Source of the DNA: Macrostomum lignano
Taxonomy: Eukaryota
Length of the DNA: 64,000 nucleotides
Direction of reading: 5' to 3'
NCBI GenBank assembly: GCA_002269645.1
Contig: NIVC01000575.1
Span: forward strand, 467,630 to 531,629
The notes below the pieces were generated by a model. It ran no database searches. It worked only from the letters and a program-made list of their open reading frames with translations, and was not told the origin of the DNA. This document shows, piece after piece, positions 39,136 through 50,200 of this stretch (positions are counted from its first letter, which is position 1; each line of letters starts with the position of its first letter). Made by a program: the position numbers and the translations under genes.

Positions 39136-39485
39136 TATCTCCCATTCGCGCATTCGCTACTAAAACGTGCAAGTTAAGCCGAGATGGTCGCGGTTAGTAC
39201 GCAGCTGAATAGGCTGATAATAATTGCAGCAGGAGGGCTGTAGGCAACGCCCTCGGCGACATTGTTCAACAACCAGCGCTGAGGCAGTTGTGCCCATTCC
39301 GAGCCCCAAATGAATCTGCTTGCGCGCGGAATCAAATCAGGGGCCGTTGCGCGAGTCAGCATTCTGTGTTACTAAACTCCGTAGAATCCCCGCCTGCAGT
39401 ACAGAATGAAAAACCCTCACCATCCCTCCATTGCGACACTCGCCAGCCTCCGCCATCACTCGGCCACTCCGCCTCTTCTCCGTCC

Positions 39486-42400
39486 ATGTCCGCCCAGCTG
39501 GCAGCCGCCGCCGCTGCCAGATCTCGTCACCAGCAGCATCCAGCCGCTATCGACGAATTCGCCGCTGCGTCGTTTTTCTTTGACAGCACCGGAGGCAGAG
39601 TCGGCGGCTCGGCCGGTCTTGAGCAGCAGCAGCAACAGCAGCAGCAGCAGGGCAAAGCTAACAATGGCGGCAGGCTCGAACCGCCGCCTTGGTACGTATG
39701 CGCGCCGGCCGGTGATCAGAGCCAGTTCAGCAATAGAGGCGACGCGCTCACCTATATGGAGGCCGAAACGCGGCGATCTCTGCTGGCTAGAGCGCATAGC
39801 TTGCAGGTAAAAATCAAGGCTGTGGGTGGCTATTGGGAATTTAGGGATCAAATTTGTACTGAGAATGAAGATTATAGGGAAGATTCTGGGGAATAAGATG
39901 ACCGGATTTTAGGAAGCTGATAGTGGAGAAGATTGGATTGGTTGGTGATTGTTAGATTGGCAAAAAAATTGTGGGAGATTAAAGTAGGAGATCATTGGGA
40001 TATAGGGGATCAGAGTGGGAGATCATTGGGATCTGGATGATTAGAGTGGAAGATCATTCAGATCGAGAGGATTAGAGTGGGAGATCATTCAGATCTAGAG
40101 GATTAGAGTGGGAGATTATTCAGATCTAGAGGATTAGAGTGGGAGATCATTCAGATCTAGAGGATTAGATTGGGAGATCATTCAGATCGGGAGGATTAGA
40201 GTGGGAGATCATTCAGATCCAGAGGATTAGAGTGGGAGATTATTCAGATCTAGAGGATCATTGTGGGGGATCATTCAACTCTAGGAATTAGTACCTATGT
40301 ATTCGAAATACATAATTCGCCGTCCCTCTCTCTCCAGGTGCGGTCGGACCCGTTGCCGGGCCTGCCGCAGTCGCTGTTGCATTATTCCCAGCTGACGCCG
40401 CTAGAGAATCCCAGCCAGATACGCCGGTCGGCAACCCTCGGCTTGCCCAGCCTATGCTACAAAGCGTACAACGCCCGCCAGCAGCAGTGGGTGCTGTTGC
40501 GCAGATTTGTTGGCGCATCATTTCAACCGGCTAACGAAGCCATTGCGCATCTGGACGCGCTCAAAGAGGCCGATCATCCGCATTTAGCGCCAGTTCGCGA
40601 CGCGTTCTATACTCAAGCGTTCGGCGATCAGTCCGCCTGTCTGGTTACCGACTTTTATCCTGGCTGCGCCACTATGCTGCTGGTGCACTGCTCGGATCCT
40701 ATGAAGGTTTTTTGCCATTTTTTGTTTGAATGAGTCTGCGCGCAATTGTACTGCTTAAGGGCTGTTGAGTTTCAAACAGTGTGATGCTTGTAGGGGGTGG
40801 AGACAGGTGTCCGAAGGGAAGGGCGCTAGAGACCGGTGTCTGTAAGGGGTGGAGACAGGTGTCTGTAAGGGCGCTAGAGACGTGTCTGTAAGGGGTAGAG
40901 ACAGGTGTCTGTAAGGGGTGGAGACAGGTGTCTGTAAGGGCGCTAGAGACCGGTGTCTGTAAGGGGTAGAGACAGGTGTCTGTAATGGCGCTAGAGACAG
41001 GTGTCTGTAAAGGAGTGAAGACAGGTGTCTATAAGGGGTAGAGACAGGTGTCTGTAAGCGGTGGAGACAGGTGTCTATAAGGGGCTAGAGACAGGTGTCC
41101 AACATTGGTAAGAGACAGGTGTCCAGCATTGGCAAGAGACAGGTGTCCAGCATTGGTAAGAGACAGGTGTCCAGCATTGGTAAGAGACAGGTGTCCAGCA
41201 TTGGTAAGAGACAGGTGTCCAGCATTGGTAAGAGACAGGTGTCCAGCATTGGTAAGAGACAAGTGTCCAGCATCGGTAAGAGACAGGTGTCTGTAAGCGG
41301 TGGAGACAGGTCTATAAGGGGCTAGAGACAGGTGTCCAGCATTGGTAAGAGACAGGTGTCCAGCATTGGCAAGAGACAGGTGTCCAGCATTGGTAAGAGA
41401 CAGGTGTCCAGCATTGGCCAGAGACAGGTGTCCAGCATTGGTAAGAGACAGGTGTCCAGCATTGGTAAGAGACAGGTGTCCAGCATTGGCAAGAGACAGG
41501 TGTCCAGCATTGGCAAGAGACAGGTGTCCAGCATTGGCAAGAGCCAGGTGTCCAGCATTGGCAAGAGACAGGTGTCCAGCATTGGCAAGAGACAGGTGTC
41601 CAGCATTGGCAAGAGACAGGTGTCCAGCATTGGCAAGAGACAGGTGTCCAGCATTGGTAAGAGACAGGTGTCCAGCATTGGTAAGAGACAGGTGTCCAGC
41701 ATTGGCAAGAGACAGGTGTCCAGCATTGGCAAGAGACAGGTGTCCAGCATTGGCAAGAGACAGGTGTCCAGCATTGGCAAGAGACAGGTGTCCAGCATTG
41801 GTAAGAGACAGGTGTCCAGCATTGGTAAGAGACAGGTGTCCAGCATTGGCAAGAGACAGGTGTCCAGCATTGGTAAGAGACAGGTGTCCAGCATTGGTAA
41901 GAGACAGGTGTCCGTATCTGAAGCCCCCTTCACTCTCGCAGGCCAGCAGCTTTCAGCTGGACGCGGCCGGCCGCCTGGCTCCCCAATCGGCTAAGCGAGT
42001 CCCGCTACAATCCGAGCACGTGATGTGGAACCTGCTGCTGCAGCTGGCCAGCGCTGTGCGCTACTGCCACGCCCGGCTCAATCGAGCGGTTCGCGCCCTG
42101 GGACCCAGCAAAGTGCTGGTCGAAGACAAACAACGCCTACGCGTCAATCTTCTAGGCGCCAGAGAGATTCTCTGTGGAATTCCGGCCGCGGACGAAGACG
42201 AATCCGCGGTTGCTAAGCAACAGGATTTGGTGGACTTGGGCCGCCTGCTGTTGGTGCTGGCTTGCGGCACTCCGCTAGCCTTGCAGGATCTCAACGCCGC
42301 TATGGAGCTGGTGGGGCGGTCCTATTCCAAGGACCTGGCCAGTGTCATGCACCAGCTGTTGTATGGAGTCAGCAAGTGAGGCGCTTTGCGGGTTAGATTA

Positions 42401-44357
42401 GCAATCCATTCTATGATTCCCTCATCACTAGATTAGCAACCCACTCTATAATTCCCTCATCACTAGATTAGCAACCCACTCTATAATTCCCTCATCACTA
42501 GATTAGCAACCCACTCTATAATTCCCTCATCACTAGATTAGCAACCCACTCTATAATTCCCTCATCACTAGATTAGCAACCCACTCTATAATTCCCTCAT
42601 CACTAGATTAGCAACCCACTCTATAATTCCCTCATCACTAGATTAGCAACCCACTCTATAATTCCCTCATCACTAGATTAGCAACCCACTCTATAATTCC
42701 CTCATCACTAGATTAGCAACCCACTCTATAATTCCCTCATCACTAGATTAGCAACCCACTCTATAATTCCCTCATCACTAGATTAGCAATCCATTCTATG
42801 ATTCCCTCATCACTAGATTAGCAACCCACTCTATAATTCCCTCATCACTAGATTAGCAACCCACTCTATAATTCCCTCATCACTAGATTAGCAACCCACT
42901 CTATGATTCGCTCATCACTAGATTAGCAACCCACTCTATAATTCCCTCATCACTAGATTAGCAACCCACTCTATAATTCCCTCATCACTAGATTAGCAAT
43001 CCATTCTATGATTCCCTCATCACTAGATTAGCAATCCAATCTATTCCATTACCCTACCTGCATTCCAGGTCCATATATGACGTGATGCCAGCCATCGGTG
43101 CCAGATTTTTCGATCACCTGTGCGAGTCCCAGCTTCGAGTAGACTTTCTCGAGTTGCAGCTCACCCGCCAGCTAGAGAATGGCCGCCTGTTGCGTCTCAT
43201 CTCGAAATTGAGCACCGTCTGCGAGAGGGAAATGCCGTCTGAGCCGTCCTGGACCGACTCCACTGACAGGCAAATGCTGCGTCTGTTTCGCGATTTCGTC
43301 TTCCACCAGACTGACAGCTCGGGCGGATTTCCTTGGATCGACCTGGCGCACATTGTCAGCTGCTTGCAGAAGGTTGGGATCACCTAGTAGTCATTGGGTT
43401 GGCATTTTTTTTTATTAGAGGCAGGGGGGTTGTGTGCACCCTGGCGCACTTTAAGCGACATAGGCACACAAGACACAACCGGCGAGAGGCATTACTGCCC
43501 ATTCCGCCGACTCCCCTGAGCAGGCACACAAGCGCGCGGATACGTACGCAGGCGCACACTCACACAGGAGTGTACAGCGGCCCTAACCTTATTTATCGTT
43601 AGGCATGTACACTTCACTGCGCCTTGGGGGGTTGGCTCTCAAGGCCGTTAATTGCACGAGCAGAGCCAAGCCGAGGTTCCAATTCAGCCCCAAATTAATG
43701 TGACTGCACTTGGAATCGAGCCTGGGTCGCTGGCACACCAGAGCAGCTGCGCTACCGCTGGGCTACGGCCCCCATTGGGTTGGCATACACATTGACTTAC
43801 CCATCTGACCATCGACCTGACCCTCATCCGCACACCTGACCCACCACTTGACCCTCATCCGCACACCTGACCTACCACCTGACCCTCATGCGCACACCTG
43901 AACAACCACCTGACCCTCATCCGCATACCAGACATGATCTTTGGTTCATCGACATACCAGACTCATTCCTGACCCTCAGCTATTCCGCATCCATGGCTCA
44001 TCCCTATCCCTGACCCATGGCTCATCCCTATCCCTGACCCATGGCTCATCCCTGTCTCTGACCCATGGCTCACACCTGACGGACACCTAATGAAATCAAA
44101 AATAGGAGCCCATCTTCGCCCCGCAGATGGACATGGGCTCGCAGCAGCGGCTCTGTCTTGTGTCGCGCGACTCCCAGCAGGTCATGCTAGTCACCTACGC
44201 CGAGGTGAAACAGTGGCTGGACTCGTGCTGCGCCCAGCTCAACAAGCTGATGGAGGCCGGCATGCGTCAGCAGGCGGAGTTCTACTGCGGCACCCAGCCG
44301 CAGGCCGATAACCCGGCCGCTGCCTGGTCCGAAGGTCCGCCGCCATCGGCTGTGTGA
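39486..44357 (+). CDS. PAN3: PAN2-PAN3 deadenylase subunit PAN3 (pseudokinase plus C-terminal knob); true N-terminus may extend upstream
   Basis: Exons 39486..39806, 40338..40706, 41942..42375, 43069..43372, 44127..44357, phases consistent, about 552 aa. Motifs: LCYKAYN, LLRRF, HPHLAPVRDAFYTQAFGD, LGPSKVL, QQDLVDLGRLLLVLAC, DVMPAIGARF, ENGRLLRLISKL, WIDLAHIVSCLQK, LVSRDSQQVMLVTY. Confidence 0.93.
39985..40270. repeat. 31-bp minisatellite, PAN3 intron 1
   Basis: Unit GGGAGATCATTCAGATCTAGAGGATTAGAGT. Confidence 0.9.
40795..41915. repeat. Bipartite 22-24-bp minisatellite, PAN3 intron 2
   Basis: GAGACAGGTGTCTGTAAGGGGTA-type units followed by homogeneous GGYAAGAGACAGGTGTCCAGCATT units. Confidence 0.95.
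42390..43045. repeat. 35-bp minisatellite, PAN3 intron 3
   Basis: Unit CACTAGATTAGCAACCCACTCTATAATTCCCTCAT, near-identical copies with no spacers. Confidence 0.95.
43406..43772 (-). mobile_element. tRNA-derived SINE, full length, poly(A) tail, 14-bp TSD, in PAN3 intron 4
   Basis: The minus strand begins GGGGCCGTAGCCCAGCGG (A box), contains GGCTCGATTCC (B box) and ends AATAAAAAAAA. Identical flanks CATTGGGTTGGCAT at 43392-43405 and 43773-43786. Confidence 0.85.
43805..44080. repeat. Degenerate C-rich tandem repeats, PAN3 intron 4
   Basis: CCTGACCCTCATCCGCACA and CCCTGACCCATGGCTCATCCCTAT modules. Confidence 0.7.
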
Positions 44358-44709
44358 GGCCAGAATTCTGTACTACTACTATCAGTAGCTAATGAGGACT
44401 TATTTTAAAAGGCCAACTTTCTCAAGTCCTAGAAGGTTAACAAATTATTTTTTCTCATTCGCGTGTTCCCGCTGCTTTTAACAGACTGCTTCCGGCGCCA
44501 ACACTGTATTGCTGCTCTAGTTCCCGTCGAGTTCCAATTCTTTCTTACAGCTGAGCTCGTTCCTCCATTCCTAGACTTCTTTCTGATTGCCGCAATTTAA
44601 TCGAAACAATATAAAAAACCCAGGTTTAATTCTCAGTTGATTGAGAAAATCCCAGATCTGATTGTATTGCCCGGAAATCTAATCAATAGTAACTTCTTGT
44701 ATCAGTTCA

Positions 44710-45140
44710 TCGAATCCCAAATCCCATCAAATAGTGAAATCCCAAATCCATCCCAATCAGATAGTGGAATCGCTAATCCCATCAGATAATCAAATCCCAA
44801 ATCCCATCAGATAGTCGCATCCCAAATCCCATCAGATAATCAAATCCCAAATCCCATCAGATAGTCGCATCCCAAATCCCATCAGATAGTCGCATCCCAA
44901 ATCCCACCAGATAGTGGAATCCCGAATCCCATCAGATAGTCGAATTTCAAATCCCATCATCAGATAGTGGAATCCCAAATCCCATCAAATAATCAAATCC
45001 CGAATCCCATCAGATAGTGGAATCCCAAATCCCATCAGACAGTGGAATCCGAAATCCCATCGGATAGTGGAATCCCAAATCCCATCGGGTAATCGAATCA
45101 CGAATCCCATCAGATAGTCGCATCTAATAGAATCCCGAAT
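44710..45140. repeat. About 25-bp AATCCC-type minisatellite downstream of PAN3
   Basis: Unit AATCCCAAATCCCATCAGATAGTGG. Confidence 0.85.
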
Positions 45141-45804
45141 CATAGTTCTAGTCGCCTAGAAAGTCCCTGTATGCTTTTATGCTCTGGAGTAGAGACTAAT
45201 TCATTTTATCAAAAGAAGTGCTCTAATCCCTGTTACTAGCATATCAGCAGAAGCAAGATCTATCGATGTCTTTTTGCTTGCTTTGTTAGAAACAGCTGTT
45301 TGGAATTTCGCTAAATGTATTCTGTGACTGTTATATGTCCATTACATTGCACTTGCTTCTGTCTAGTGAATGTGATTACCCACTGTAATAAATTTATTGT
45401 GGCTTAGCGAAAGGCGGCATTTTTGTGTACTAATCTGCAAAATCATATTTTGTTCAATGGATTGCCAGTCTGCCAATTTTTCTCACAGGTGGTGGGAGGC
45501 GCGGACGCAATCCAATAGTATATCATAAAACTATGCTGCGCTTTCTGTCTGTTCATACGGATTTGGGCCATAGACTATTGCCCTAGTATTCGTGTTGTCC
45601 CTGACGCAAGAACTGTCGTTTCAGACACGCGAACCGGAAATTCCAGACATTGATTAAATAACTGTATTTATTATTAACAATTCTGTATTGACGATAATAA
45701 TAAATTGAAAATCTAAACGCATAAAAACTATTATAACTGCTGGAAACTTCAATTCCTATGGCTAGGTGCTTTGTTTGTCTTTTATTTTTTGCTTTTCTCT
45801 TTAC

Positions 45805-46660
45805 CACCAATCCCACACAGGGAATCGCCCCCACCCCAATCCCACACAGGGATATCCCACCACCCGAATCCTACTCAGGGATATCCCACCACCCCAATCC
45901 CAGAAAGGGATATCCCACCACCCCAATCCCACACAGGGATATCCCACCACCACTCCAATCCCACACAGGGATATCCCACCACCCCAATCCCAGAAAGGGA
46001 TATCCCACCACCCCAATCCCACACAGGGATATCCCACCACCCCAATCCCACACAGGGATATCCCACCACCCCAATCCCACACAGGGATATTCCACCACCC
46101 CAATCCCAGAAAGGGATATCCCACAACCCCAATCCCACACAGGGATATTCCACCACCCCAATCCTACACAGGATATCCCCCACCCCAATCCTACACAGGG
46201 ATATCCCACCACCCCAATCCTACACAGGATATCCCCCACCCCAATCCCACACAGGGATATCCCCCACCCAATCCCAGAAAGTGATATCCCACCACCCCAA
46301 TCCCACACAGGGATATCCCACCACCCCAATCCCACACAGGGATATCCCCCACCCCAATCCTACACAGGGATATCCCACCACCCCAATCCCACACAGGGAT
46401 ATCCCCCACCCCAATCCTACACAGGGATATCCCACCACCCCAATCCCACACAGGGATATCCCCCACCCCAATCCTACACAGGGATATCCCACCACCCCAA
46501 TCCTACACAGGGATATCCCACCACCCCAATCCCACACAAGGATATCCCACCACCCCAATCCCACACAGGAATATCCCCCACCGAATCCCAGAATTATCCC
46601 ACGCAGGGATATCCCACCATCCCAATCCCACACGGATGTTCTCCCACCCCATATCCCCAT
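45805..46660. repeat. 28-29-bp C-rich minisatellite with a GGGATATCCC palindrome
   Basis: Unit ATCCCACACAGGGATATCCCACCACCCCA. Confidence 0.9.
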
Positions 46661-47263
46661 GCCACATTGGGGAATCAACCCCCCATCATTTATAAATGAA
46701 GCAAAGTTAGCGAACACAGTAATATTTTAAAAGTTGCGACTGTCGCTGCTTCAATGGTGTTAAAAGAGGCTTTTGTATTGGCTAAATGATTGACAAACTT
46801 AATGGATAACTTATCGAATTTGAAATTTAATACATGTATATAAAATTTGTCAATTTTTTGTTTAAAAACTTCTCATCTCAATGGCTCTACAACAAGGAAT
46901 GTTTATGGATTTTAAAAGCAACTTTAGGCCATCCAGATCGTTAGGAATTTTGATAAAAAAGATGAGCTAAAAAATTGGAATGTTTTACACGATGGTAGCT
47001 AACTTTCGAATTGGATTCTTTTAAAATACCAAAGCTGATTAAAGCAATACAAGTAATAATAGGAATCCGAATAAAAATGTACCACACATACTACTTACAA
47101 AAACTAGGAGTAGTCGAATTAAAAATATTTAGTACACTTAAATGAAGGATAAATATAAATTCATATACCAAGCAGCCTACTAAATAACTCAGTTGGCAGT
47201 AGTACACTGCGGAAATAACCGTCATTTAATGAGTTTTCGCGCACAGAAAAACAATAAGCCCCG

Positions 47264-50200
47264 TCAAACGTCGGTTGAGCCGCTAATTCCACCGGGGCCG
47301 CCGAAGGAGCCCTGGCTTGGCGGCCGGTAGTACGAGTCCGGCGGCGGCGGCGGCTCCTGCTGGTGCTGACGGCTTGCCGGCTTTGGCGCCTTCTTCGGCT
47401 TCGGCTTAGGAGGCGGCGGAGGCGGCACCGACTGCGGCTGCGGCTCCGAAGGCGGCGGCGGTGGGGGCGCGTAGGCGCGCAAGAAGCCGTGTTGCTCGGG
47501 CTGGTAATCCTCTGCAGAGGGTTGGGTTTAGGGAAATAAGATGCAAGGAAGAATGAATTCTCTAAGCATTTCGAATCCAATGTTAAATTCATCCTATTTG
47601 TATCTTGCTAAAGGATCAAAGCCTCAAGCTAAAGGATTCCAATCTCAACCCAAACGATCAAAATCTCAAGCTAAAGGATAAAAATCTCAAGCTAAAAGAT
47701 CAAAATCTCAACCTAAACGATTAAAATCCCAAGATAAAGGATAAAACCTCAAGCTAAAGGATTCCAATCTCAACCCAAACGATCAAAATCTCAAGCTAAA
47801 GGATAAAAACCTCAAGCTAAAGGATAAAAATTCAGCTAAAAGATAAAAATCTCAAGTTAAAGATAAAAATTCAGCTAAAGGATAAAAATCTCAAGCTAAA
47901 GGATAAAAATTCAGCTAAAAGATCAAAATCTCAAGTTAAAGATAAAAATTCAGCTAAAGGATAAAAATCTCAAGCTAAAGGATAAAAATTCAGCTAAAAG
48001 ATCAAAATCTCAAGTTAAAGATAAAAATTCAGCTAAAGGATAAAAATCTCAAGCTAAAGGATAAAAATCTCAAGCTAAAGGATAAAAATCTCAAGCTAAA
48101 AGATCAAAATCTCAACCTAAACGATTAAAATCCCAAGATAAAGGATCAAAACCTCAAGCTAAAGGATTCCAATCTCAACCCAAACGATCAAAATCTCAAG
48201 CTAAAGGATAAAAATCTCAAGCTAAAAGATAAAAATCTCAACCTAAACGATCAAAACCTCAAGCTAAAGGATAAAAATCTCAAGCTAAAGGATAAAATCT
48301 CAAGCTAAAGGATAAAATCTCAACCTAAACGATCAAAACCTCAAGCTAAAGGATAAAAATTCAGCTAAAAGATCAAAATCTCAAGTTAAAGATAAAAATT
48401 CAGCTAAAGGATAAAAATTCAGCTAAAGGATAAAAATTCAGCTAAAGGATAAAAATTCAACTAAAGGATAAAAATTCAGCTAAAGGATAAAAATCTCAAG
48501 CTAAAGGATAAAAATCTCAAGCTAAAGGATAAAAATCTCAAGCTAAAGGATAAAAATCTCAAGCTAAAGGATAAAAATCTCAAGCTAAAGAATAAAAATC
48601 CCAAGCTTAAGGACAAAAATCTCAAGCTAAAGGATAAAAGCCTTAAGCTAAAGGATCAAAATCTTAAACTAAAAGATCAAAAACACACGGCAAAGGTGCC
48701 GCAGTCCGAAATCCAGAATCCACTCAAAACATCGGCGCACTCTTCTCACCTTCGGGCGGGTCAGAGGACCGTCTTGGCAGGCTGTCGATGGAGCCTTCGA
48801 TCGAGCGTCTGCCAGGCACTCGCGGAGCCGGCTTCGGGGGCAGTTGCGGCGCCTGAACCTGGCCGGGACTAGCGGCGCTGAACGCCGGCTTGTTGACCGG
48901 GTTGTACTCGTCATCGTTGTAGGGCGGCGAGGCGGGAGCGGCGGCGTACGAGGCGGCGGCGGCCGACATCGGTGGGGGTTCGTCGCCGCCTAAGTAGAAA
49001 TGAAAAGTGGTTAGGTGCGTCGCTAAAATATGTCGCTGAAATGTGTGGGTAGAATGTCGCTGAAATGTGTGGGTAGAATGTCGCTGAGATGTGTGGGTAG
49101 AATGTCGCTGAGATGTGTGGGTAGAATGTCGCTGAGATGTGTGGGTAGAATGTCGCTGAGATGTGTGGGTAGAATGTCGCTGAGATGTGTGGGTAGAATG
49201 TTGCTGAGATGTGTGGGTAGAATGTCGCTGAGATGTGTGGGTAGAATGTCGCTGAGATGTGTCGGTAGACTCACTGCTCATGAAGGTGTGGGGCTTGTTC
49301 TCCATGGGCGGCTCATCTGGTTCGAAGTCGCCTTCTCCGCCAGCGGCAGCGGCAGCTCCACTCTGGAAGCCGGAGGCGTAGGGCCCGCCGAACCCGGCGC
49401 CCAGCTGTGGTTCATCCTCCTGCGGCAGCAGCTTGCCTCGCTTGGCTGAAGTGCGCAAGATTTGTAGAGTTTTAATGCTAATCTCATTACAGTGAGCATT
49501 AATTATTAGGAAACTATATGTATCAAATATACATCAAATATCACATCATGGGAATCCGAATCCCATCATTAGAGAATCCCGAATCCCATCATAAGAATCC
49601 CGAATCCCATCATGAGATAATCCCAAATCCCATCATTAGAGAATCCTAAATCCCATCATGAGAATCGCATCATGAGAGAATCCCGAATCCCATCATTAGA
49701 GAATCCCGAATCCCATCATTAGAGAATCCCGAATCACATCATGAGAAAATCCCGAATACCATCATTAGAGAATCCCGAATCGCATCATTAGAGAATCCCG
49801 AATCCCATCATTAGAGAACCCCGAAACCCATCATGAGATAATCCCAAATCCCATCATTAGAGAATCCCAAATCCCATCATGAGAATCGCATCATGAGAGA
49901 ATCCCGAATCCCATCATTAGAGAACCCCGAATCCCATCATAAGTCCCATCACGAGAGAATACTTTACCTTCCAGTCGCCGCTTGCGCACGAAGAACAGGA
50001 AGATGATGAGCGCGATGAGGGCCAGCAGGATGAGCACCATGCAGATGAACCAGGTGGCGCTGGCGCCCCGCAGAGCGTTCGGGCTGGGTTCGCCTCCCGT
50101 CTGCATCCGGACAATGTCGCTGTATGACGTCATCGCGGCGCCATTCGTGGCCACAACGCGGATGTCGTACCAGGCGTCGTTCTCCAGGCCGTCGATCTGA

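Noticed and set aside
39174-39362. 62-aa minus ORF with a hydrophobic C-terminus
   Set aside because: No upstream exon or homology is recognisable, and it lies in GC-rich sequence just 5' of the PAN3 exon where chance ORFs are expected.
41322-42379. 345-aa ORF apparently giving PAN3 an ALVRDRCP-repeat N-terminus
   Set aside because: The repeat lies within an intron bounded by AAG|GT (40706) and CAG| (41941). The upstream PAN3 exons join in phase, and the 5' part of the intron is not continuous in frame.
42390-43045. 35-bp direct repeats, and other 28-41-bp arrays, resembling CRISPR repeat lengths
   Set aside because: Units are head-to-tail with no unique spacers, lie inside spliceosomal introns, and no cas genes are present.
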